DNA of 64,000 nt from Felis catus (GCF_018350175.1 NC_058373.1:42284001-42348000), one strand, 5' to 3'. Shown: positions 37,082 through 48,517, counted from the stretch's first letter. Translations and numbers: made by a program. The notes: a model not told the origin generated them from the letters alone.

Positions 37082-37995
37082 AGAAGTATCTATACGAATA
37101 ATTGGTTTTACATTTATATTTAAGATACACAAACACAAATACACATATATACACATGTATTCCCTAGTTTGGTCCACTGAAAAGATTCAGAAACAACAAT
37201 GAATCCAATGAGAATAAACATTCTTAGTTTCTACACTGTGCCTTTTAAATACTCAACGGAACCAGAGTTCCTTGGAAAAGTGGCAGATCTAACTCGGGAG
37301 TAGGAACCAGGTAAGACAAGCCTGTGACACTGTGTCACACCAGAAAGGATACTAAAGAAGAAGAAAAAAACCTCAAATCTTGTCCAAAAGGATTTGGCAG
37401 CCAACTTGAGTTAGTTTCTGCTGGCCAGAATTGGCACAATTTGAATATCAGTAAAGAGATTACATTGAAATGCATCGATTATATTTACACCAAAAAAAAA
37501 AAAACAAAAACAAAAAAAAAACCAACAACAAAACAAAAAATAAAACTTCAGGGATCACTTTTGGAGGATGCCACCAGGGAACCCAGTGTATTTGAAAATA
37601 TAGGGAATATCAAGCCTTGATCCTTGCTTCTATGAACCTCAAGGTGAACACACAATTGCCATGAAACTTCTCTTTAACTATTCTCATATAAAAATAAGGA
37701 AGGAATGATAGAACTGACAATCACTATTTCACAATCACTAATGAACGAAAAGATATAGGCAATGATCAACGACCGCCAACATCACACAAGAGTGAGACCA
37801 TTTGTGACTATGAATTTAATGAAAATACACAGCCTACGTTTGATGTAGCCTTGACAAGACGGAAACAAACATCTGGATCTGAATGTGACCAAAACCTAAG
37901 CTTTAACAAATCATAAAAAACACAAGGAACAGAGAAACAGGTTAAACAGCACCAGAGAGAAGAAGTCATTAAAACCCACAGTATGGGAAATTCCA

Positions 37996-38210
37996 CAGCC
38001 TAGTTTCTCCACCTCAGCACTACTGACATTTTAGGCCAGATAATCCTTTGCTGTGGAGGGCTGTCCTGTGTGTCATAGGATTTTAGCAACATCCTAAGCC
38101 TCTACCCACTAGATGCCAGTAAGCCTCCCTACAATGTGACGAGTAAAAATATCCCTCAACACTGTCATATGTCTGTCGATAGGGGAGGGAGATCATTCTC
38201 AGGCTTTCTA
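37996..38210 (-). mobile_element. MER20 (hAT-Charlie)
   Basis: CAGCACTACTGACATTTTAGGCCAGATAATCCTTTGCTGTGGAGGGCTGTCCTGTG...CTCTACCCACTAGATGCCAGTA. Confidence 0.92.
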
Positions 38211-39030
38211 CTCTAAAGGACAAACAACCCAGTTTCTTCAACAAACAACTCACAGGGGGGTGGGGGAGATGGGTCTCTAATCTTCTTCTGATCTGGACTG
38301 ACTCCATCAGTCAATTGCCACATGGAAGCCTCGTTTGGATACTGATTCAAATAAACAAACAAACGAAAAGGACGTGGGACAACTGAGAAAAGTCAAACAT
38401 TAATTTGATATTTATTGACATTAAGGAAATATTGGTAATTTTTATGTTTTTAGTGTGACATGGTCTAAGTCTTACCTTGGAGAGACATATACTGAAATAC
38501 TGATAGAATAAAATAGCAGAGAGGTGTTTCAAAATCAGGAATGGGAAGAAAGAAGGGTACAGATGAAACAAGACTAGGATTAATCCTTGTTGAACCAGAA
38601 TGGTGGACATATAGTTCACTATAAAATTCTCTTCGCTTTTGCATGGGTTTCAAAGCCTCCATAAGAAAAGGTATAAATAATCAATCCGGCAGGCAATTCC
38701 ACTCCCACTCAGAGAGCAAGCAAGTCCTAGAAAGACCACGGAAGGGACATAAGAACTTTCAGACACTGAGCAAAACCCAGGGAACTAGGTTTCTCTTGGG
38801 GTCCTACCTGGATGCCCAAGCCGCTCTACCGTTTACAACACGGGCCTTAAACAAAAGCACCAATGACTTAGCAGCAAGCTCTTCCAGAGCTCGGAGAAAA
38901 GCCTGCTCTGTTGGACTGACCAGGAGAGACAATACCAGCCCCTCATGGGGCATCTTCCCATGGGATGTTCAGGAGCAATTTTGTCTCCGAGGGTTTCTTG
39001 CTTTAAGTGCTGGTTTTAAAAGTTTATCCC

Positions 39031-39250
39031 CAGGTGACTGGGTGGTTCAATCAGTTAAGCATCCGACTTCGGCTCAGGTCATGACCTCGCAGTCTGGGAG
39101 TTCGAGCCCCACGTTGGGCTCTGTGCTGACAGTTCCGAGCCCGGAGCCTGCTTCAGATTCTGTGTCTCCCTCCCTCTCTGACCCTCCCCCGTTCACACTC
39201 TGTCTCTGCCTCTCAAAAATAAGTAAACATTGAAAAAGATTTTTTAAAAA
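39031..39250 (+). mobile_element. SINEC_Fc-type CAN-SINE
   Basis: CTGGGTGGTTCAATCAGTTAAGCATCCGACTTCGGCTCAGGTCATG... TSD core TAAAAGTTTA at 39017-39026 and 39251-39260. Confidence 0.95.
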
Positions 39251-40826
39251 TAAAAGTTTACCTCACTTTTCATACGCTCAAAAAAAAATTTTAAGAAGTT
39301 TACCTCCAAGTAAGATGTGAAATTTTACTTATCCTGCAAGGAGCCCACGCCCCTGCCAGCCCTAAGCAGCCCATCTCGGGACTTCATTCCAGTTGAGAAA
39401 ACACCACCTTCTCTCTTGCTTAACCCACTGTGGCTTACAGTCTGTTCTGCTGGAAGGAGCAAAACTGAAACCAATTCACTCAGAAATAAATGCTGCGTTC
39501 TCTTGGAAACCTACTCTACCCCTTTAGATATAGCTCCTTCCTCCAAACTTCCTCTCCTCCTGCTCATTGGTCAGATGCCTCTGCACCTGTGGAGCATGGA
39601 GACCCAAGAGAACAAGGCCCACGTCGTTACACTGTGCGGTGTTCATCTGTATTTGTCCTTCCTAGTTCAGAAAACTGAATATGCTTCCTCCGAATCCAAA
39701 CGTCTGAGAACAGTGGCCAACCAAGGAGACGAGGCCTCACTTTCACACAGGTCCTGTCCCGGGGCCTGCATCAAACTTTCCAAAGGGCTGGCAAAATGAA
39801 CCACGCATCCTGCATGACCCCGATGCCTGGAGCCAAATGGTCTCCTACAGGGGAGATGGAATCGTTTTCACCACTTAGAGGTAAATAAATGGAAGAAGAT
39901 GTAACTAATTTGGGGACTATTTAGCATCAGGTAATACAAAGGTAATACAAAACCCTTCTTCCCTTCTCTTGCTAAAGGGTTGGGTTCAGTCCCACTCTTC
40001 TAGAAGCTCCATTTCCAACCATGGGATAAAATTTTGATCAAGATTTAAACTGTCCAAGTAAGTCACTTTTACACAAAGGTCAAGTCACCTATATAACTGT
40101 GAGGATTAGCGATCTTTGTAGAATGGAACCAAAAAGGTCTCACCCAGATTACAACCCTACCTGCTTAGCACCCTATCCTCTCCTTACAGTCAGTCAGTAA
40201 ATATAAAAATTAAACATAGTCAGCCGGAATTGGATCATTAGAAGTTCTTACTAGGGTCACCTTGGACTGCGTATCACTACTAAGTCTCAAAGTAGCAGAG
40301 ATTACTTCCGTAACCATTGCAACAAGGTAAATATTGACCCCTATCTGTGCATTAAGACTGGACGTCACTAAGGCTAAACACCTCTCCCATATGTAAATGA
40401 GGTGCAGCTCAACCGACTTCGCTTTCATTCACTACTTACTTGAGAGCACAAACTGAGTAGGTCTAGAGGCTTGGAAAGTAAGCACTGTTTGCACTTCGAC
40501 TGAAGACGTTAACGCTACTACCGCCTTCACTGAGCAGAGTGACAAAGAGTAACGCCAACCACTCACTCGTCCATGAGCTATTTGCCTAGAAAGCAGACGA
40601 CCAACTCAAGACAGGTTTGAGGAGAGGCTGCTGGTTCCACCTTACCCGGGTCTGCATCGTGAGGAGAGCAAGCAGCCGGAGAAGAGGAAGCCCAACGCCG
40701 TGTAAGGGAGCCGCCTGCTTTGGGCACCTGCCATCCACCTGGTCAGGACCAGAAGCGTAATCCACCAAACACAGGTAAACGGAAGGATTCACCCAGACCG
40801 CCACATTCATAAGAAAATAAAGTGTT

Positions 40827-41047
40827 GGGGCGCCTGGGTGGCGCAGTCGGTTAAGCGTCCGACTTCAGCCAGGTCACGATCTCGCGGTCCGGGAGCTCGA
40901 GCCCCGCGTCGGGCTCTGGGCTGATGGCTCAGAGCCTGGAGCCTGTTTCCGGTTCTGGGTCTCCCTCTCTCTCTGCCCCTCCCCCGTTCATGCTCTGTCT
41001 CTCTCTGTCCCAAAAAGAAATAAACGTTGAAAAAAAAATTTTTTTTA
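40827..41047 (+). mobile_element. Very young SINEC_Fc
   Basis: Most CpGs intact (GGCGCAGTCGGTTAAGCGTCCGACTTCAGCCAGGTCACGATCTCGCGGTCCG). Perfect 16-bp TSD AAGAAAATAAAGTGTT at 40811-40826 and 41048-41063. Confidence 0.98.
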
Positions 41048-42439
41048 AAGAAAATAAAGTGTTAAACGTAAATGTGATGGTCTTCCCAAACTCTCTTCTA
41101 AAAGAGCCACCAAAACACAATATACATTAAGAGGATCAAATGTACCAGACTCCCACACATATACTCCAGGCTCTAAAAAACCCACCAACACCATTGACAA
41201 AGCACCTTTTCCCTATTTACCAGCAGGGTTGAGTAGGAAGCCCCTGTCTCGCTTCAAGTTCACAAAGGGAACACTGAGTAGGTAAGGAGAGTGCCATTTC
41301 CAGTCACAGACTTCTGCATAATGAATTCTTGGCCACACAGCATACCCACAACAAGGATGAGGGTGGAATTAAGCAGGGCTGGTTTTCCTTAGAAAAGCAG
41401 CCATTTGCTCAGGGTGGGGGGAGGGTCCGTTGAAAAAAGTGTCCATGACATGGCAGATAAGTCTTTTCTCACCTAGAAAACCACAGCTGACACCATGCCC
41501 CCCCACCCAGCCCAGGATCTAAGAAGGACTTCCCAGGGGAGGCCTTGGATCAGTCTCTGATCTAGATCTCAACTTCTTCATGGAAGCAGTGTCCATGGTA
41601 ATTTTTCTGTTCCAAAGGGCTGGTGTGAGCATTTCTGCAAACACCAGGCCTCAAAAGCCTAGGTGCCTCACACACCAGATCCTCAATAAATGAAGGCTAA
41701 TTTTAAAGACCAAGGTGATTACCTCTTCTGAGACACCAGAGCCTGAAGCCATTTTTCCAACAGGATTAACACTGATTAGCTTTTCCAGGCCATCAGCACT
41801 GGCTTAGGGGTAGGCAGCATACCCTGAGAATTTAGATGGTTCTGGGTTGAAGGTGGAGGGTGGGGGGCAACGGGACTAAGACCTCCAAACAGAAAGCTGG
41901 TTCCTCGGAAGGACGGGAAGACTGAGAAGCTAGGAAAACTTGAGGCCGTGCCCAAGATGGCTGTTACCACCTAAAAGGGAGAATCCATTCAAACATGCTC
42001 CACAGAGGTGCCAAGGTATGGGGACATCAGGCCCCAGAGAGGCAGGACTATAATCTCACCACGTAACTGGGCTGTGATGGCAACAGCTGCTACCCTCATC
42101 CCAACAGAGTAAATGCTGCTTCTTGCATTTAACATTCAGAATCAAGTCACAGGTAAATCACAGAAGCCCGTACTAAACGAGAGAATATAAATATCACCAA
42201 CGTGGAGCATTAGAAAATCAAAGGTACAGCTGCCCCAAATGGAGAGGTAGATGATGGTGGGGGGAGGGGGTCAACAAGAAACAGCCTATGGAGGAGACAG
42301 AACAAGGATGGAGGAGGTTGCTGAGGGGGCAGGGAGGGGGCAGGGAGGAGACAGCTATGGGACTGACAATGTTAATCAGCTGCAGGGAGGAAGGGAGAAG
42401 GGGGATGGTCGGAGTGAGCTCATCAGCAATCACAACAAG

Positions 42440-42690
42440 ACACCATCAACAGCTCTTAAAACTGATCAAGTGAGAAAAGGTGCTGCTAGCAGAGTATTTA
42501 TACATGTCCAAGCCACAAAAGTAAAAATGATCTGCAGGGGGGTAAAAAAAAAAAAAAAAAAAAGGTGGTTGCTTCTGAGAAAAGCAAGACTAAGTGAAGG
42601 AAGAGGTAAAGTAAAGCCCTATTGCTTTCATTACAAGCCGTTCTGGAATGTTTTCCACTGTTAGCCATTTGCATGCATTACTTCGACTAA
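42440..42690 (+). mobile_element. L1ME-type 3'-end fragment
   Basis: AAGGTGGTTGCTTCTGAGAAAAG...ATTGCTTTCATTACAAGCC...TTAGCCATTTGCATGCATTAC resembles the L1ME3/4 tail. Confidence 0.55.
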
Positions 42691-43480
42691 CATTATATGA
42701 CAGGCAAGATCCTCTAGAAGACTAATGTTTAGGTCACAGCTGTAGGTTTTTTCTCAACTTACAGCAGGCTTCACAGTGCCGTGTTGAGTCCTTGCAGCAC
42801 GCTTAAAGCTGGCCTGCAGCATACTTAAAGTCATGTTTAAACTCTGCGAGTAGACTAGTTATTTTCTGGTCTGAAAAGCTGTCCAATTCCGATTTGTTAT
42901 AAACAGAAAGGCTTTGTTGATGATTTCAGGTCTTCAGAATACGGGACTTCATAGCTAAACTATGGGAGTTTTAAAGATTTGTGTTCTATAGGAGACTATT
43001 TCAACGCAGACACAAATAATCCAGAGCCGTTAAGTTCGGGAATGACGACCAATTCTTAGAAAAGGCTCAAATCTTGAGCTCTCCACAGGGCTAACCTTGA
43101 AAGAGATTAAGTGATGAGCCTCATTAGTCAAAAAGCATACAGAAACAGCACATTCTATTATACCCGTGAATTCCTAAGTTTAATGAAACACAATCTGGAA
43201 ATTGTTGTTGTTCTGAAACATTTAACTAAGCACAGACAGCAGAGTGAGGAGCCTCGCACATGACAGGGAACCCTGATCAAGGATGTGATGCTAATTAGGA
43301 TGATGCTAATTAGGACTCCCAGCCACTCAGGGAGCCCACAGGGGGGTAAGCAAGTGGCAGCGCCTCCATTCAACCAGCAGAGTAATCTAAAGAATCCAGC
43401 TAATAATGGAGGATGGCAGGAAGACAAAAGTGCCTAACAGATTACATTTTTAATGAGGAAAAATAAGCATCGGAACTCAC

Positions 43481-43657
43481 CTTTCCTGACGTCAGAGCTT
43501 TTAAGGGACTGATAATGACAAACAGCTATGTAGATCCTGCTTTGAATTTTACCGATTCAAGACCTCCCCTAAACAGCACTGGGAATTAACGATTCCCAGA
43601 GAGTCAGAAACAGTGTTTTTCATTTAAAATTGGTTTTTAAATATTTTTCTTACAAGC
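43481..43657 (-). other. Candidate non-coding exon (177 nt)
   Basis: Minus-strand acceptor ATCTCCATTTTCCCTGCAG|G and donor AAG|GTGAGT. Stops in all three frames. Lies in unique DNA. Motif evidence only. Confidence 0.55.
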
Positions 43658-45689
43658 CTGCAGGGAAAATGGAGATAAGTTCAGAATATTACATCTATTC
43701 TTAAATCCAGAATACATCACGAGTCATTAAGTAAAACGTTAAACAAGTCATTTGTCATATGTGCCTCCCCCCAAACACTTTATCAATTTCTCTCCTCTCT
43801 CATGCACATAACCCGTTAAGAGCACACGTTTATTCCTGTGAAGCATGGCTATCTCCAATTCTCAACGTTCACCCCTACAAGATCTCACCCAGCAGTGCTT
43901 GGCCTTCTGAAATACTCAGAACATGATTGATTGATTTTATTTTTCATTCATTAAATTGTATTCAGCCTCAGCCTGGCCCACATCCCTTAAAGCAATTCTC
44001 CTCTCTCTGGTTTATGTCAAAATAAAAGCTTCTGCTAGCATTTCTTCATGACTTTAGACACTTTCAGCAGTGTCAAGATTTCACATAATTTCTCGTATTC
44101 GTATACATTTAAGACAAATGTTGCTGTTGTTTGATATAGCTTTTTCCTAAAAAGGATAGTGAAATAAATATCCTCAGAAAGCAAGCCAAATGAAACATAC
44201 AAATCAGGCAGTAAACCAAGAGAAGGGTTGACGGAAGGGAAAACAACGAGGTAAGTCTGTCAAATTTCATTTAAGTTGCCAGAAAATAGGAATGTTAAAG
44301 GAATCACCAGGGGAGGAATTCCAAAGGACTGAACCACTGTGTTCCTATCAATGTTGGCCACAGTATGATTTCACAGAGCTTTCAAAAGCAGCCAGGATTA
44401 TGTAGGCATCTTGAAATAGGTGTTATTACTGCTCCTTCCCCACAGTATTTTCCTCTCCTAGTGATTCAGTCCATTATTGCCCCTGTTCTCCACCCACCCT
44501 GCCCCCAGTCACAGCCATACACCCCAAGGAGAAGTAAATGGAAAGCCCAGTTTTCCCTTCGGTACAGGCCATGGCCTAAGAAAGCACTTGGCTCACTGCT
44601 CTCGGATCTGGAACCCAGGGAAAGGCTTATGTCTGAGGTGTTTCCTGCCCTCTGGGCCCAAGCCCCTTAACCAAACAAGACCTGTAGGTCCTCCAAGGAC
44701 AACACGCAACACCAGGACAACCAAATGGTTCCTGAGCAGGACAGCTCCCTTACTCTTTCCTATCCCCTATACACGTGATCCCACTGCCCTCAGCGCAGAA
44801 CTCTGGGCCGTGCACTCCACCCCTCCCCAGTCCTCCGCTCCTCACACAGACTGTAAGCACTGGTCTCCCTGCAGGCAGGCATTCAGCCCACCGCACTCCT
44901 GCCTCTCAGCATCCCCACACTGGAGGGGCACACTCATATGTCAGATACTACCTGGCCGGGGGGCTGCCCACCATGGTGAGAAAGGAGGATTCTGTATCCT
45001 TTTATCCAACAACTTAAGATCCCATCAAAATTATGTTTACAATGACTGCAAGATAGCTCACGGCTCAATTGCATGTTCATGTGAATCAGCCATTTTTATT
45101 TGGGTTTCCCAAGAGAATGGTCCCTTCTCTTCTGTTTGACCTCACCTCTCAATTCAACTAGGCTAACTGTCACGGCATTTTCTCGCAAGAGCTATTGTGG
45201 ACTACGGTACAGTTCTATCCTGCTTCAAAGGAATGAGACAGTTTTAGAGGCAGAACAGCCCTTAGCCATCAGTCAGGCATGCCAAAATTTCCCAAATGCC
45301 AGTCTTCAGCCAAGTGCTGGCTAGTTCATGGCTAACAGCCGCAGGTCAGCAGGGAAATGACAAAGAGGTGTAAGCAGAAGAGAATTTTCATGTATGAAAA
45401 TGCTAAGCGCATGCCATCTAACGACAAATGTAGGACATTCCTACTTTTTCAGTATTAAAGTATTTGTTTTTTCATGAGATGTTAGATGGGAAGGTTTTTT
45501 TTTTTTTTCAAATCTTTAATGATGAAAAATTCTGACGCAAAATAGTATAGGATATAAGCATAGTGAAGACTCACACACTCATCCAGCTTTAATAATGATC
45601 AACTTTATATATACATAGCCAAAAACATATACTAGAAATTGGTCATGAAGTTTTTTTTTTCCTGTTCCACAAAATCTCAAAGTGTGGGA

Positions 45690-45800
45690 ACGACTAATTG
45701 GGGCCAGCCTACACGTTTTACAGATGAAGATACGAAAATTGGCAAAGATCAGCTTGTCCCCAGTTGTGCAGCTGGTCAGAAACAGAACCAGTAAGCCTCG
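45690..45800 (-). mobile_element. MIR fragment
   Basis: CGTTTTACAGATGAAGATACGAAAATTGGCAAAGATCAGCTTGTCCCCAGTTGTGCAGCTGGTCAG. Confidence 0.6.
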
Positions 45801-46322
45801 TGTGCCACAATACGGTTTTTGAGAGGAGGGGCGCAGCCAATCCTTCTTAAGCTGTCAAATGTCAATCCAAGGACACCGAGGACCTGCCTTTTGTCCCTGC
45901 CGAGGGAACTTGGGACTGTGCAGCCCCATCTGGGACAATCAGAGTGCAAAACCCATAATCTATAACCCAAGTTCATTTCAAGAACCACCAAGCAGTTTCA
46001 CAGTGCAATGACTACTAGAATTTTCTACATTCCTTATCAAACACTTCAAAAATCAAACGTTTATAAAGCAAACAAGTGTGAATAAATGAGAATTCATGCC
46101 GTAAGGTTAAAAAACAGCTACTTATCCATTCTTGCAGACTCCCATCCTCACCCCACCCAACTACGAGGTGCAAAAAACAAACAGCAATGTAAGTAGTAAG
46201 ACCAGACAGCTAGCTACACAGGCCTGCCTCAGAAAATATCAAATGAGACAGGCTAAGTGACAATGTTTCCACACTAAGTTTTATCAATGCAGGGGAGTGG
46301 CTAATTGGTAAGAAGATACATC

Positions 46323-46529
46323 TTTTTTTAATCTTTTTTTAAAATGTTTAATTTTGAGAGAGAGAGAGAACACGCACACACAGAGGAGGTGCAGAAAGAG
46401 AGGAAAACAGAGAATCTGAAGCAGGCTCTGTCAGCACAGAGTCCGATGCAGGGCTCAAACCCATGAACCGTGAGATCATGACCTGAGCTTAAGTCAGATG
46501 CTTCACCAAATGAGCCACCCAAGGGTCCC
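46323..46529 (-). mobile_element. CAN-SINE (1 of 3 stacked)
   Basis: T tail, GA linker and head ending GAGCCACCCAAGGGTCCC. TSD about TAAGA(A/G)GATA(C/T)AT on both sides. Confidence 0.95.
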
Positions 46530-46550
46530 AATAAGAGGATATATTTTTTA

Positions 46551-46690
46551 GGGATCACGGGGTGGCTCAGTCAGCTAAATGTCCAACTCCCAATTTCAGC
46601 TCAAGTCATGATCCCGTGGTTCAGGAGATCGAGCCCCTTATCAGGCTCAGCGCTGAGCCTCTCTCTCTCTCTGAAAAGTAATTAAGCACC
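46551..46690 (+). mobile_element. Older, internally deleted CAN-SINE (2 of 3 stacked)
   Basis: GGGATCACGGGGTGGCTCAGTCAGCTAAATGTCCAACTCCCAATTTCAGCTCAAGTCATGATCCCGTGGTTCAGGAGATCGAGCCCC followed by a CT run. Confidence 0.88.
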
Positions 46691-46694
46691 TAAA

Positions 46695-46896
46695 TTTTTT
46701 TTTTTAATGTTTATTTTTGAGAGAGAGACCAAGTACAAGCGGGAGAGGGGCAGAGGGAGGGACAAAGAATCTGAAGCAGGCTCCAGGCTCTGAGCTGTCA
46801 GCACTGAGCCAGAGGCAGGGCTTGAACCCAAGAACCATGAGATCATGACCTGAGCCAAAGTTGGACTCTCAACCAACTGAGCCACCCAGGTGCCCC
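46695..46896 (-). mobile_element. CAN-SINE (3 of 3 stacked)
   Basis: T tail and head ending GAGCCACCCAGGTGCCCC. Sits in the tail of the middle SINE. Confidence 0.96.
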
Positions 46897-46940
46897 AACA
46901 TTTTTTTTTTAAAGAAGATATGTATTTTTAAAGGACTCAC

Positions 46941-47018
46941 CGAAATTCTCAGTTTATGTAAAGAGTTGATTTCCCTGAAGATATCCTAAAGCATCGGAGA
47001 AGCCTTCAGCAGCAATAC
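46941..47018 (-). other. Candidate non-coding exon (78 nt)
   Basis: Minus-strand acceptor GATTTCTACTGTTTTAG|G and donor TCG|GTGAGT. Stops in all three frames. Motif evidence only. Confidence 0.5.
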
Positions 47019-47897
47019 CTAAAACAGTAGAAATCATCAGAATCAAGTGATATTATAGATGTCAGTTTGGGGGGCGGGGGACAATTCTCCATCTATACAT
47101 TTGGTCATTTTCCCCCATACTAAGCATGAGAGGAAATAACTCAGGAAACAATGAATTTCCGCTCCAACACATGGGCTGGGAATTTTCTTTACCAACAGGG
47201 AATTGAGGTCCCAAGACAGTTATTTCAAAGACCAAAATTATGTTACTGTTGGCAGAGAGGCAAAAACTCATTCCTCCCCTTCCCTGTGGTAAAAATCCTT
47301 AATGGTTTTGAATTTAAACAAAGACCAAATGTATACATCTCCCCACCCACTTGCCCCCACCAGTGTTTAGAACAAAAATCAGGCACTTTTCTCCTTTTTA
47401 AAAATTAGCTTACAGGAGCCTTTCTGGTCTCATTCACCCTTTTCCTACTCAGCTCCTCGAACGTGTCTATCAAGTGGTCCCTTCTTGCTTCAACTGTTCC
47501 CATCTTATTCCCGATTCTCAGAGCCATTCACAACTGACCATTTAGCACCCCAGTCCCTGGGAACCCAGTCTGAAGCAGAGAAGCACCATCATCGACTGTC
47601 CAAATCAAAATGGCTCATAGCCACAGTTAACAAACAGGTATCTGAGTAAGAACATATATGTGAGTCCTTGAAACAGGATAAACATTCAACTAAAGAACCA
47701 AGTACTTATATGAAATAGACCCAGGTACATGTAATCATACCTGGGTAGTTATGTAAGACTAGTTAATAAAAGGTGTTGGTTAGCTATTTGGGAGAAAGAA
47801 AAAATCTAGATCTCTACCTCTCTGCTTATAAAAAAAAAACCAAACTCCAGGTAGAATCATGAGTCCTAGAAGAATATATAAACAAATAATTTTATAC

Positions 47898-48057
47898 NNN
47901 NNNNNNNNNNNNNNNNNNNNNNNNNNNNNNNNNNNNNNNNNNNNNNNNNNNNNNNNNNNNNNNNNNNNNNNNNNNNNNNNNNNNNNNNNNNNNNNNNNNN
48001 NNNNNNNNNNNNNNNNNNNNNNNNNNNNNNNNNNNNNNNNNNNNNNNNNNNNNNNNN
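47898..48057. other. Assembly gap (160 N)
   Basis: Run of N covering a SINE tail. Confidence 1.
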
Positions 48058-48220
48058 GGTTAGAGAGAGAGGGAGACACAGAATCTGAAGCAGGCTCTGA
48101 ACTGTCAGCACAGAGTCTGACATGGGGTTCGAACTCACAAAGCCTGACCCAGGGCAGGGCTCAAACTGTGAGATAATGACCTGAGCCCAAGTCAGATGCT
48201 TAACTGACCGAGCCACCCAG
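48058..48220 (-). mobile_element. CAN-SINE, tail in the gap
   Basis: GAGAGGGAGACACAGAATCTGAAGCAGGCTCTGAACTGTCAGCACAGAG...GCTTAACTGACCGAGCCACCCAG. Confidence 0.93.
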
Positions 48221-48517
48221 AAAAGCTCTTTCTAAACAGGACATCAAACACTGAAACTATAAAGGAGTGAGACATCTGGCTGGGTGAGTTTTTTAAAATT
48301 TCAAATTTGTGAATGGCAAAAATGTGTCAAAAACAAAGAACAAAAGGTGGTATTTTCATCAAAAAGTAAAGTAAGAAACTAGGTACAATATTTATACCGC
48401 AGACATATAAAGGCTACTTTCCTTATTAAGCAAAAAAAATGAAGCAGTAAGAAAATAGTCCTGTCAAAATGGACAAAGACGATTAATAAGCTTTCATTAA
48501 GAGAAGAATCCTAATAC

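Larger units (their letters stand above)
36110..38670 (+). mobile_element. L1MC4/5-type 3' region interrupted by two SINEs and MER20
   Basis: AAACAATGAACTTAACTATATATAC, GTATTCCCTAGTTTGGTCCACTGAAAAG, GGACAAACAACCCAGTTTCTTCAACAAA, TTGACATTAAGGAAATATTGGTAATTTT, GAGACATATACTGAAATA. Confidence 0.8.

Noticed and set aside
38643-39233. 196-aa ORF
   Set aside because: It starts in an L1 tail and its last third is SINE translation (VVQSVKHPTSAQVM...). There is no recognisable domain.
42325-42345. Canonical G-quadruplex motif GGGGGCAGGGAGGGGGCAGGG
   Set aside because: Such motifs are very common in mammalian DNA and there is no supporting context.
44140-44250. Plus-strand exon-like unit (GATATAG|C ... 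GAG|GTAAGT, 111 nt)
   Set aside because: Weak acceptor and no plus-strand partners. It is recorded as a reminder that pseudo-exons occur on both strands and limit confidence in the minus-strand chain.
44477-45139. 220-aa ORF, the longest in the window
   Set aside because: Pro/Ser/His-rich chance frame in C-rich DNA with no recognisable homology or exon boundaries.
47721-47745. Hairpin CCCAGGTA-N-TACCTGGG
   Set aside because: An 8-bp stem inside an old L1 is expected by chance in 64 kb.
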